Assembly: GCA_004322205.1 (NCBI GenBank)
Contig: SCSN01000009.1
Location: 29,836 to 93,835, forward strand
Direction of reading: 5' to 3'
From: Patescibacteria group bacterium
GTDB lineage: Bacteria > Patescibacteriota > Minisyncoccia > Phycocordibacterales > Zambryskibacteraceae
Length of the DNA stretch: 64,000 nt
Positions within the stretch are counted from its first letter, which is position 1. Each line of letters begins with the position of its first letter. The notes beneath the pieces are model-generated. The model saw nothing but the letters and a program-made list of their open reading frames with translations. It had not been told where the DNA came from and made no database searches. Shown one piece after another: positions 50,213 through 58,792 of this stretch. The position numbers and the translations under genes are program-made.

Positions 50213-50791
50213 GTGATAAACCGAGAGCCGCTCGCAAACCTCGACATAAGTGAGATCCCGCCGGAGCGAATCATTCTCCTCAAGGGAACAATCGATTGGC
50301 CGCGAGTTGACGCTATCGTCGAGAAACTGCATGAACTTAGCGCCAAGCCAACACCTGTTCTCATCGAGTTCAACTCAAGAGGCGGTGAGTTCTGGGACGG
50401 ACTGCACCTCTACGATCGCTTTCGTCTCTCGGCGGTGCCTGTGGTCGGAAGAGTCATGGGGGTTGCCCATTCGGCTGCTCTCACGGCACTTCAGGGATGC
50501 CACCTCCGCATTGCTTCGGCAAACGCCAGATTTGTCTTGCACGAGCCATACATGGAATTGCGGACACGGTTGAAACGCCGAACCGGCACCTCCGTTCTTG
50601 AGTTCGTGGCTACGCAGATCGACGCCGTAAGCGAAAACTCGCTGCGAGTGCTCAACATTCTGCTCGAACGTGTCGGCGCCACTGCCGACGAGGTTATGCG
50701 GAGGAAAGTTGAGAATTTGTTCTTTGGCGAGGAGCGAATCCTCACCCCGGAAGAGATTCTCGAGTTCCGGTTTCTGGACCGAATTGTCTGA
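50213..50791 (+). CDS. ClpP/S14-family serine peptidase-like protein
   Basis: NSRGG, GVAHSAA (catalytic Ser) and LHEP (His) motifs of the ClpP fold; 192 aa. Confidence 0.6.
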   Translation: MINREPLANLDISEIPPERIILLKGTIDWPRVDAIVEKLHELSAKPTPVLIEFNSRGGEFWDGLHLYDRFRLSAVPVVGRVMGVAHSAALTALQGCHLRIASANARFVLHEPYMELRTRLKRRTGTSVLEFVATQIDAVSENSLRVLNILLERVGATADEVMRRKVENLFFGEERILTPEEILEFRFLDRIV

Positions 50792-50793
50792 AT

Positions 50794-50836
50794 CCGCCCC
50801 GTGGGATGCGTGCAAGCGCTATCCTGCGGGGTTTTT
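50794..50836 (+). terminator. Rho-independent terminator
   Basis: CCGCCCCG...CGGGG stem followed by TTTTT, directly after the ClpP-like stop. Confidence 0.5.
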
Positions 50837-50882
50837 CCTACTCTCCGCCTATATATATTCCACTTTTTACTTCCTCTTTTCT

Positions 50883-51134
50883 TTATTTTATATACCCCTC
50901 CTCAACTAGACGTCGCCGCTTTGCGAGATTGCCCTCACGGTAGCCACCGAGTGAGCCGTCGGAGTGAATGACGCGGTGGCATGGGATTTTGGGACTAGTG
51001 TTTTTATTCAAAATATTCCCCACCGCGCGGTAGGCTTTTGGCCGCCCCGCCCGCCGCGCTACTTCCTTATACGTTAAAACCTTCCCTCTCGGAATCTTTT
51101 TTACAACCGAGAAAACTTTTTTCTGAAAGGTCAT
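50883..51134 (-). CDS. MGMT-family DNA-binding domain protein (stand-alone O6-alkylguanine transferase C-domain)
   Basis: 83 aa with PCHRV active-site motif and HTH (YKEVARRAGRP). Confidence 0.65.
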   Translation of the reverse strand: MTFQKKVFSVVKKIPRGKVLTYKEVARRAGRPKAYRAVGNILNKNTSPKIPCHRVIHSDGSLGGYREGNLAKRRRLVEEGYIK

Positions 51135-51145
51135 TGCCAGATTAT

Positions 51146-51180
51146 AACAAACAAAATCCGCCCCATGCGAGATGGGGCGG
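51146..51180 (-). terminator. terminator-like hairpin
   Basis: CCGCCCCAT-gcgag-ATGGGGCGG with a T-run on the minus strand. Confidence 0.4.
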
Positions 51181-51200
51181 ACAGCGGATGGATCGGTGAG

Positions 51201-51734
51201 CTAGCCGAGCTGGGCTACTGTCTTGACAACCCGGAAGAGAAGCTCATCAGAGCAACGCCGCGGCTGATTGCCGTGCTCGCTCACGAAGACCGTGAACTTG
51301 AGATCGAGCTGTTCCCGGCTCAAGACGGCATGGGTGAGCAGACGTTCGTCGCACTCGTATAGGTTACGAGTTGTGCCATCCGCACAGAACATACCGCTGT
51401 AGTAAGACGTGGGCTCCCAGATTCTCCCCGCAAAGTACTGTTCAGTGTTGTTGTCGTGCGCTTCCACGAAAAAACGCCGCGCCGGCACCGACCTTCGACC
51501 GCGATGTGGCATTTTGCCCTCCGAGGAACTGTTTAGTTTCCAAGGAAAAGAATACAACTTTCCGCAGATTAGATCACAAATTGAAACTTGGTCGGAAGTG
51601 AGCGCAAAATCTGGGCGCGCCGAAGGCGCGCTGTATGGCGAGAGAATGAAATCCGTCTTGCGGGCGCGGGCGAATTCGGAGGGCGGGCGGAAAGCAAGAA
51701 ATGAGATCTTAATAGTTTCTTTTTTTGAATCCAA
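51201..51734 (-). CDS. hypothetical ORF whose 5' end is an inverted copy of the recombinase 3' end (possible rearrangement remnant)
   Basis: N-terminal about 45 aa (ISF...PPSEFARARKTDFILSPYSAPSARPDFALTSDQVSICD) are identical to the recombinase C-terminus; the remainder is unique. Confidence 0.3.
   Translation of the reverse strand: MDSKKETIKISFLAFRPPSEFARARKTDFILSPYSAPSARPDFALTSDQVSICDLICGKLYSFPWKLNSSSEGKMPHRGRRSVPARRFFVEAHDNNTEQYFAGRIWEPTSYYSGMFCADGTTRNLYECDERLLTHAVLSREQLDLKFTVFVSEHGNQPRRCSDELLFRVVKTVAQLG
51574..51708. repeat. inverted repeat copy 1 (about 130 bp)
   Basis: Reverse complement matches 53147..53272 except for a 9-bp indel. Confidence 0.8.
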
Positions 51735-51743
51735 AACCTATTT

Positions 51744-53288
51744 ATGAATAAACCAAAATATTTTCTCTATGCTCGCAAGAGCACCGAAGATGATGATAAA
51801 CAAGTGATGAGTATTCCGGCTCAACTTGTGGAGCTTCGTGAATTTGCGAGCAGAGAAAATATTGAAATTCTTGAGGAATTTCAAGAGTCGAAAAGCGCAA
51901 AGAGCCCGGGACGAGAAGTGTTCGGCGAAATGATGATGCGTATTGAAAAAATGAATGGTGTAGGCATTCTCGCGTGGCATCCTGACCGACTAGCGAGAAA
52001 TAGTATTGACGGAGGACGCATCATTTACGCCGTAGACACTTCTAAAATTGTCTCTTTGCGTTTTCCGACATTTTGGTTTGAACCCACACCGCAGGGGCTC
52101 TTTATGTTGCAAGTGGCGTTCGGACAGAGCAAATATTACTCCGACAATTTGAAGCAAAATGTCGAGCGAGGTATGCGCCAAAAATTGCGACGAGGAGAAT
52201 GGCTGACCCGCGCTCCATTCGGGTATGTGAACAATCCAACCACGCGCAATATCGAACCTGATCCGGTGAAATCTAAAATTATCGTGCGAGCGTTTGGTGA
52301 ATATGTTAAAGGAACACATACCCTCATTTCGCTGTCGCAATTTTTGGCTGACCACGGTGTTGCTCAAAAGTCCGGAACGCCACTTGGCAAAGCTTCCGTG
52401 AAAAGGATATTAACCAATCGTGCGTACTTGGGATTTACCAAACATCGTGAGGAGTATTTTCCCGGAAGCTTTGCGCCAATTCTTTCTCCGACACTATTTG
52501 AAGCTGTGCAAAAACAACTTTCCGTGCGAGCGCATCCGAGGCATAGCAAAATATCTCACAATTTTCCTTTCACCGGACTTTTTCGTTGTGGGGAATGTGG
52601 CTCGATGATAACCGCTCAATGGTGTACTGGAAAAATGGGCGGTCGCTATCGCTATTATCGTTGTACGAAAAAGAAAGGAAAATGTTGTCAAGGATATTTG
52701 CAGGAAGATGCGCTCGCATTCCAAGTTAAGGAACAGCTTCAATCAGTGTCGCTTCCCGAAGCGTGGGCAGATTATATGCTCAAAAAAGTGGAAGTTTTTG
52801 AGCATGACGAAATCCACGCTTCGGGAAATCGTCTCGGACAGATGAAGGAAGATTTGAAAACGCTTGAAGCTAAGCTCGACGCACTCGTGGATTTATACTT
52901 AAACCACGATATTGAGCGCGACATATATCTGACAAAAAAGGACGCGCTCATGCGTCAAAAAAGCTCGCTTCAAGCAAAATCTTCATCTGCCCGAGCCGAG
53001 AGAAAGAATTGGGTCGAACCCCTGCGGAAGTGGATTTTGGATTCAAAACGCGCGGGGTTTCTCGCTACGAGTGAAAATCTCCACGAGATGCGAGATTTTC
53101 TTCGTTCCTTCGGAACGAACCCCGCGCTGAAAGATAAAACTATTTCGATCTCATTTTGCCCGCCCTCCGAATTCGCCCGCGCCCGCAAGACGGATTTCAT
53201 TCTCTCGCCATACAGCGCGCCTTCGGCGCGCCCAGATTTTGCGCTCACTTCCGACCAAGTTTCAATTTGTGACCCTATCGGGATTTGA
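51744..53288 (+). CDS. large serine recombinase (resolvase N-domain + recombinase domain + zinc ribbon)
   Basis: YARKSTEDD catalytic-Ser N-terminus, DRLARN motif, CGECGSM...YYRC zinc ribbon, C-terminal coiled coil; 514 aa. Confidence 0.85.
   Translation: MNKPKYFLYARKSTEDDDKQVMSIPAQLVELREFASRENIEILEEFQESKSAKSPGREVFGEMMMRIEKMNGVGILAWHPDRLARNSIDGGRIIYAVDTSKIVSLRFPTFWFEPTPQGLFMLQVAFGQSKYYSDNLKQNVERGMRQKLRRGEWLTRAPFGYVNNPTTRNIEPDPVKSKIIVRAFGEYVKGTHTLISLSQFLADHGVAQKSGTPLGKASVKRILTNRAYLGFTKHREEYFPGSFAPILSPTLFEAVQKQLSVRAHPRHSKISHNFPFTGLFRCGECGSMITAQWCTGKMGGRYRYYRCTKKKGKCCQGYLQEDALAFQVKEQLQSVSLPEAWADYMLKKVEVFEHDEIHASGNRLGQMKEDLKTLEAKLDALVDLYLNHDIERDIYLTKKDALMRQKSSLQAKSSSARAERKNWVEPLRKWILDSKRAGFLATSENLHEMRDFLRSFGTNPALKDKTISISFCPPSEFARARKTDFILSPYSAPSARPDFALTSDQVSICDPIGI
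53147..53272. repeat. inverted repeat copy 2 (encodes the recombinase C-terminus, ends at the tRNA-Glu 3' end)
   Basis: See copy 1. Confidence 0.8.
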
Positions 53289-53344
53289 ACCCGAGTTTCC
53301 AGGATGAGAACCTGGCGTCCTAGACCGGGCTAGACGATAGGGCC
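53271..53344 (-). tRNA. tRNA-Glu (anticodon CUC)
   Basis: Minus-strand sequence GGCCCTATCGTCTAGCCCGGTCTAGGACGCCAGG-TTCTCAT-CCTGG...CGGGTTCAAATCCCGATAGGGTC folds as a cloverleaf; anticodon loop TTCTCAT; T-loop TTCAAAT; no encoded CCA. Confidence 0.8.
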
Positions 53345-53410
53345 GCGCAGAACAAGAATACAGAATCAAGAACGAAGAATCAAGAAAACCTCTTCTTCAA
53401 AATCACTATT

Positions 53411-53432
53411 TTCTAATTCGTACGAATTAGAA
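53411..53432. repeat. perfect 22-bp palindrome TTCTAATTCGTACGAATTAGAA
   Basis: In the AT-rich gap between tRNA-Glu and the murF stop. Confidence 0.6.
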
Positions 53433-53508
53433 AATAAGGAATGACGTTAGTAAGGTTAGACTTTATTGGTTTATTCATTACGTCTGGTCTGCGCTTGTTC
53501 TGTGCAGT

Positions 53509-54813
53509 TCAGCGTTTAGCCCATTCTCTCTCCTGCCTCACTAAAAGTTTTTCTTTTCGGCTCGGGTCGGCGAGGACTTCTTCAACTGCTCTCTCCATGC
53601 GCATTCCCTGGGAGCCCTTGATGAGAACAACGTCTCCTTCAGCTACCGTTGTCTCCACAAATTTTCCAGCCGAGCGCGAGTCTTCAAACTGAAAAATATT
53701 TTTCTCGTCCATTCCGGCATTGAGCGCTCCCTCGGCAATTCCGCGCGCTCGAATGCCAACCGTCACAAGAGTTACCGCGGCAGATGCAGCATGAACGCCA
53801 GCTTTTTTGTGCTCTTCCGCCGAGTACATTCCGAGCTCAAGCATATCGCCAAGAACAGCAATTTTTCTGCCGCTGGTCTCAAGAGCCCCAAGAGTTCGAA
53901 GAGCTTCCTCAAGCGCTACCGGCGAGGAGTTGTAAGAGTCGTCAATAATAATTGAACCCTTGACCCCGGCGAGCACCCGCATCCGCCCGCGCGCCGCCTC
54001 ATATTTTGAAAGCGCCCCGGCGGCTCTCTCAAAAGAAAGCGAGAGACCAGCCCCGACAGCAAGCGCTGCCAGCGCCGTATACATTTGCTGGACACCAAGC
54101 ACTCCCTTTAAGTTTATTTGCTTCTCTTTTTTCCCAATACGGGCAGAAAAGACGATTCCGCTCGGTTCTTTCTTCCCTCCTCTCTCCTCGTAAGTAATCT
54201 TGTATCCGCTTCCCACCACATCGGCTTTGACCCCGGTGCCGTAAAAGATTTTCTTTACGTCCATAAGCCCCGCGAAAGCAACCACGTCCTCATCGTCGCC
54301 ATTGAAAACCAGCAGTCCGTCGCGCCTCACATTTTGCACCAAAAAGCTTTTCTCGCGGACCAGCTCCTCAACCGAGTGAAAATACTCAACATGCACAGGC
54401 ACCTTCGAGAGCCGCGTTATCACCGCGATATCCGGTTTTATCCAACTGGCAAGAGTCCTGATATCCCCCGGACGATCAGCTCCGATCTCGAGCACCAGCC
54501 ATTCCGGGTAATGGTTCGGAAGAAAAATCAGAGCAAAACCTTCAATGATGTTTTGAATCCAGCCGATAATACTCCCCCAAGCGTTTGGCCGTCCCAAAAT
54601 CGTGAGCGGCGCGCCAATCTCGCTGTTGAAACTTTTTTCACTCTTGCGGACAAAGTAGAATTCCGACAGCGCCGTATAAATAGCGTCTTTGCTGGAGGTC
54701 TTGCCGACACTCCCCGTAATTGCAACTATCTTGGGTTTGTACTTCTCAAGCACGCTTTGCGCCTGCCACGTCAAAATCGCAACGAGAGCAGTCTTGAGTA
54801 TTTTTTTTACCAT
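53509..54813 (-). CDS. murF: UDP-MurNAc-tripeptide--D-Ala-D-Ala ligase
   Basis: Mur ligase P-loop GSVGKTSSKD and MurF-specific GDMLELG motif; C-terminus KGSQGMRMERAV. Confidence 0.8.
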   Translation of the reverse strand: MVKKILKTALVAILTWQAQSVLEKYKPKIVAITGSVGKTSSKDAIYTALSEFYFVRKSEKSFNSEIGAPLTILGRPNAWGSIIGWIQNIIEGFALIFLPNHYPEWLVLEIGADRPGDIRTLASWIKPDIAVITRLSKVPVHVEYFHSVEELVREKSFLVQNVRRDGLLVFNGDDEDVVAFAGLMDVKKIFYGTGVKADVVGSGYKITYEERGGKKEPSGIVFSARIGKKEKQINLKGVLGVQQMYTALAALAVGAGLSLSFERAAGALSKYEAARGRMRVLAGVKGSIIIDDSYNSSPVALEEALRTLGALETSGRKIAVLGDMLELGMYSAEEHKKAGVHAASAAVTLVTVGIRARGIAEGALNAGMDEKNIFQFEDSRSAGKFVETTVAEGDVVLIKGSQGMRMERAVEEVLADPSRKEKLLVRQEREWAKR

Positions 54814-54899
54814 TAAGTCGGGGGCTGTAGAACCCCAATCCTAGGTCGTGACCGTTTTTATAATACACGTAGAGTGGTTTGCGTTCCACGCCCGTGCGT

Positions 54900-56609
54900 C
54901 TATCTGTCTGGCGGGATCTCGTAATAGTTGATAAGGAATTTCGTAATATCCATAAACGATTCAGAGAGAGTCTCGGAGGCAAAGCGCACGCCTTTCGGAT
55001 ACATGGTGTATAGAAAGACAATAAAGCGCGGCTCATAGGCTGGAAAATACCCGAAGAATGAGTGCAGAAAGCGGTCATCGTAATAGCCGCGGCTGCCCTC
55101 GCGCACCACCTGCGCCGTCCCGGTTTTGGCGGCAATGCTGTAATTGGGCACCTTGAGGGTCCCGCCGCGCAGAGCTTTATCAACCACCACAACAAGCATG
55201 CGGGTAATTTCTTCTGATGTCTCTGGTTTGAGAACTTGCTTGGGCGGATTAGGACTTATCTTTTTTGAGCCGCCGATTTTATAGTTGACGCGCGTTGCAA
55301 TGTGAGGGTTGACGAGATATCCGCCGTTACCAAGGGCGGCAAGAGCGCGAATCGTGCCAATTGGTGTGAGCGCAATTCCCTGACCAAAGGCGGCGGTGGC
55401 GTATTCGATGTCGCGCGGACTTTTAAGATTTTCAACAAGTCCGTGCGTTTCATTAGGAAGGTCAATACCCGTTTCCTCGCCGAGGCCGTAGCCAAGCATG
55501 TAGCGGGCAAAATTTTCTTTGCCCATCGTTCGCACCACAAAAGCCGCGCCGGTATTGAGTGACTGATTAAGCACCTCCTGCATATTGACCGTGCCGCGGC
55601 CCTTGGCGTCAAAGTTTGAAATGGTCTTGTTGTTGAGGGTCAGCGTGCCGGCGTCAAAATATGTTGTGCTGGTTGTCACCGCTTTGCTATCGAGTCCGGC
55701 CGCCATGGTCAGCGGTTTTATAATCGAGCCCATTTCATAGACACTTTCAACGAGATAATTTGAAAACAGCCGCGGATTTGTAACTTCCTGAAAGTTATTG
55801 GGGTCAAACGAAGGAGAGAGCGCCATTGCATAAATTTCGCCATTCATTGGGTTCATAATGATGCCACCCGAATATTCGGAGTTCCAAGTTTCATTGACCT
55901 CCTGTAATTTTTGCTCCAGGTACGCCTCGACTGACGGCTCAATACTTGTCACAATGTCACCTTCCAGAGATTTTTCTTTGGAGAGTCCTCTCTGAATATT
56001 CGAGAAAATTTCCGCGAAGAAGTTTACAAAAGCGCTTTCGCTGTCCCTTCCGAGGACATCCTCGTAGTAACGCTCCAAACCATAACGTCCCGCCAAATCG
56101 TTCTCCCGATAGGCAAGAAAACCAAGCGCCTGGGCCGCCATGGAGTCGCCGGGATAAAACCTCCAGCGTTCTTTATGCGCCTCCACGCCGGGAAGCTTCG
56201 CGGCTGAAATTGACTCTGCGGTTTCGCGCGGCAGACGGCGGGCAATTTCACGATAAGTCAGATCTTTCCTTGCCGCCTTTTCAAAAAAAGCTTTTTCATC
56301 AAGCGGAATAATCTGTTCCAGTTTCTCATAAACTGATTGCGGGTCAGTGATAAGCTTCGGGTTGATTGCAGCCAAATAGCCGGTCTTGAGAGTTGCGGCA
56401 GAAACTAGATTGCCGTCCTTACTCTGAAAAAATATTGTCCCGCGATCGAAGAAATCGTAATTTGCCTGCGTGTACTGACGGTCACCGCGGTTGCGGAACT
56501 CTTCACCCGAAACAATTTGAACAAAATAAAGTTTACCGATAAGAAAAAGAGCAAACAGAAAAATGAAAACCGAAAGTTGTCGGATGCGCTGTGAGGGAGT
56601 CGTCCCCAT
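54900..56609 (-). CDS. ftsI: peptidoglycan D,D-transpeptidase FtsI (class B PBP)
   Basis: TM anchor, dimerisation domain, SxxK (GSIIKP), SxN and KTGT motifs. Confidence 0.85.
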   Translation of the reverse strand: MGTTPSQRIRQLSVFIFLFALFLIGKLYFVQIVSGEEFRNRGDRQYTQANYDFFDRGTIFFQSKDGNLVSAATLKTGYLAAINPKLITDPQSVYEKLEQIIPLDEKAFFEKAARKDLTYREIARRLPRETAESISAAKLPGVEAHKERWRFYPGDSMAAQALGFLAYRENDLAGRYGLERYYEDVLGRDSESAFVNFFAEIFSNIQRGLSKEKSLEGDIVTSIEPSVEAYLEQKLQEVNETWNSEYSGGIIMNPMNGEIYAMALSPSFDPNNFQEVTNPRLFSNYLVESVYEMGSIIKPLTMAAGLDSKAVTTSTTYFDAGTLTLNNKTISNFDAKGRGTVNMQEVLNQSLNTGAAFVVRTMGKENFARYMLGYGLGEETGIDLPNETHGLVENLKSPRDIEYATAAFGQGIALTPIGTIRALAALGNGGYLVNPHIATRVNYKIGGSKKISPNPPKQVLKPETSEEITRMLVVVVDKALRGGTLKVPNYSIAAKTGTAQVVREGSRGYYDDRFLHSFFGYFPAYEPRFIVFLYTMYPKGVRFASETLSESFMDITKFLINYYEIPPDR

Positions 56610-56622
56610 TGTCTAAAGTCTG

Positions 56623-56949
56623 TTATTGAGCTCTACTCGAAGCCGTCTCTGCCAGCGCCACGCCGGACTTTCTCGAAACAAACTGCGGCTCGGATACAGT
56701 GCGAAAACCCATCGAGCGAGCAAGAGAAAGAGTAATAGTATTTTTAAGCGAAATGTATTTAAATTCAAGCTCTCCAACTTGGCTGGAAAGAGTGGCGAGC
56801 TCAGCAGAAACTTTTTGACGGTGCGCAACGTTGCGCACCGTGGCATTGACAGCAATAACATAAAAAACAAGCGAAAGCGCAATAACGCTGGCAGATGACC
56901 AGAAAATAAGTTTTGCGTGATGGTGAATGAGAACTTTTGCCTTTGTCAT
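56623..56949 (-). CDS. ftsL: FtsL-like cell division protein
   Basis: 108 aa, single TM helix plus coiled coil, positioned between rsmH and ftsI. Confidence 0.5.
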   Translation of the reverse strand: MTKAKVLIHHHAKLIFWSSASVIALSLVFYVIAVNATVRNVAHRQKVSAELATLSSQVGELEFKYISLKNTITLSLARSMGFRTVSEPQFVSRKSGVALAETASSRAQ

Positions 56950-56950
56950 A

Positions 56951-57841
56951 TCATCGTTTCTCGATAATCCTCAATTTTGCGCTCCGGGCGCGGGGATTTG
57001 CTGCCATCTCCTCCTCCGATGCCGCTATGGGCTTTTTCGTCACAAGCTGCCCTTCATAAGCCGCGACTTTCCCCCGAAAGAAGCGCTTCACGATCCTGTC
57101 CTCCAAACTGTGGAAAGAAATGACCGCCATTCTCCCCTGCTTTGAGAGCCGCTCAAAGCCGGCGGCAATCCCCTCGGAAAGAGCTGTCAATTCATCGTTT
57201 ACGGCTATACGGAGGGCTTGAAAGGTTCTGGTGGCGGGGTGGATTCTTCCGTGGCGATAGCTCGCGGGAACGGCTCCTGCAATAATTTCCGCGAGCTCAT
57301 CCGCCTTCTGAATCCGCTCTTCCTTTCGAACCGAGGCGATTTTTGCTGCGATTCTCCCCGCATAGCGCTCCTCACCATAACGCCGGATGATGTCGCGAAG
57401 CTCCTCTTTACTTGTGAAGTTCACAAGCTCATAGGCAGTGAGGAAGCTTTGGCGCGGAGGAGCGAAGGTCATGATGAGCGGCTCGGAGCGGCGAAATGAG
57501 AATCCTCTTCCCGACTCTTCAATCTGGAAACTGGACATTCCCAGATCAAAAAGAATTTTATCGACATTGTGCACTCCAAGTCCTGCGAGAATGGCGTCGA
57601 GATTTCGGAAATTGTCTTCGACAAAAGTGACGTCGCATTCAACTTCCGCGAGACGCGCCCGTGAGCGCTTGATTGCCTCGGCATCAGCATCAATGCCTAC
57701 GATTTTGACGCCGCGCCCGAACATCTCCGCCACTCGCGCACTGTGCCCGCCGTCGCCCAGCGTCGCGTCAACAAAGATGTCGCCGCTGTCGATATCAAGC
57801 CCCGCTATCGCTTCCTGTAAAAGAACACTGACATGCGTCAT
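56951..57841 (-). CDS. rsmH: 16S rRNA (cytosine1402-N4)-methyltransferase
   Basis: MTHVSVLLQEAIAGLDI...FVDATLGDGGHS SAM-binding signature. Confidence 0.92.
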   Translation of the reverse strand: MTHVSVLLQEAIAGLDIDSGDIFVDATLGDGGHSARVAEMFGRGVKIVGIDADAEAIKRSRARLAEVECDVTFVEDNFRNLDAILAGLGVHNVDKILFDLGMSSFQIEESGRGFSFRRSEPLIMTFAPPRQSFLTAYELVNFTSKEELRDIIRRYGEERYAGRIAAKIASVRKEERIQKADELAEIIAGAVPASYRHGRIHPATRTFQALRIAVNDELTALSEGIAAGFERLSKQGRMAVISFHSLEDRIVKRFFRGKVAAYEGQLVTKKPIAASEEEMAANPRARSAKLRIIEKR

Positions 57842-57934
57842 ACGAATCAGCGAATAAATGCAAATCTACGAATAGTTACGAATATTCGTATTGATTTGTA
57901 TAATTCGTAACATTCGCATATTCGTATGTTCCGA

Positions 57935-58372
57935 CTAAAATACTCCGATTTCGCCGAGTTTCTCCGCCATGGCGTCGGCGCTTTTCTCGATCCGCTTTTT
58001 ATACTCGGACCAAGCCCTGTCGTTCCAGATCTCAATGCGATCGTAGACGCCGGCAAAGATTACCTTGCTCTTGAGATTGGCGTAGTCGCGCAAGAATTCC
58101 GGGATGAGAATCCGACCGATGGAATCCACTTCGACTTCGACCGCTCCGGCGAGCATGAAACGGCCAAAAGCACGGGTATCGCTTTTGGCAAGCGAGAGAG
58201 CGCCCAATTTGCGGGCAATCACCTCCCAGGCCTTGAGTGGGTAGAGAAGGAGGGAATTATCGAGGCCGTGAGTCACCACAACTTTTTTGCCGAGAGCTTG
58301 ACGAAATTTCGACGGCAGCGAGACCCGTTTCTTTTCGTCAACAGTGTGCGTGTATTCTCCGATAAATGCCAC
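57935..58372 (-). CDS. mraZ: transcriptional regulator MraZ (GTG start)
   Basis: (M)AFIGEYTHTVDEKKRVSLPSKFR with duplicated SpoVT/AbrB-like halves. Confidence 0.9.
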   Translation of the reverse strand: MAFIGEYTHTVDEKKRVSLPSKFRQALGKKVVVTHGLDNSLLLYPLKAWEVIARKLGALSLAKSDTRAFGRFMLAGAVEVEVDSIGRILIPEFLRDYANLKSKVIFAGVYDRIEIWNDRAWSEYKKRIEKSADAMAEKLGEIGVF

Positions 58373-58384
58373 GATAGATTTTCT

Positions 58385-58599
58385 TGAACCTTGAGCGAAG
58401 CAGTTAGAAAATCATCACCCAGCACTTATTTACGAAGACTGACAATAAGATGTAAAATAAAGGGTATTGACCCTTTATTTCAACTTCGCTCGGACATCGT
58501 GAGAGATTATTCTCAACATGTCTCTCGCTCGTTGAAATAAAACGGCAGCAGGTTTTACTTTCCTAAACTTCAGTCTCCGCGATAAGTGCTGGGTGGTGA
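58385..58599. repeat. ORF-less copy of the IR-bracketed element (MITE-like) in the mraZ leader
   Basis: 18-bp inverted repeat TCATCACCCAGCACTTAT (58412..58429) / ATAAGTGCTGGGTGGTGA (58582..58599) enclosing about 150 bp of hairpin-rich non-coding DNA; the same arms bracket the GIY-YIG gene at 60.7 kb. Confidence 0.55.
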
Positions 58600-58792
58600 A
58601 AAACATGTTTTCCGCCAACTAACGGATCATTGTTTTTCTACCACTTTTTCCCACTCACTTTAAATCGTATAACACTTATTCCCACTGCGTGAAACCTTTT
58701 ATCCACACTTTTGGTGAACTATGGTACACCTTCTCACAAAAAACCCGACTCGAAGTCAGAGCTTCTCGTCGGGGCCGCATCGGCGTACAACC

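Noticed and set aside
51165-51362. 65-aa plus-strand ORF overlapping the 177-aa minus-strand ORF
   Set aside because: No start context or motif. Overlaps a longer ORF and a terminator hairpin.
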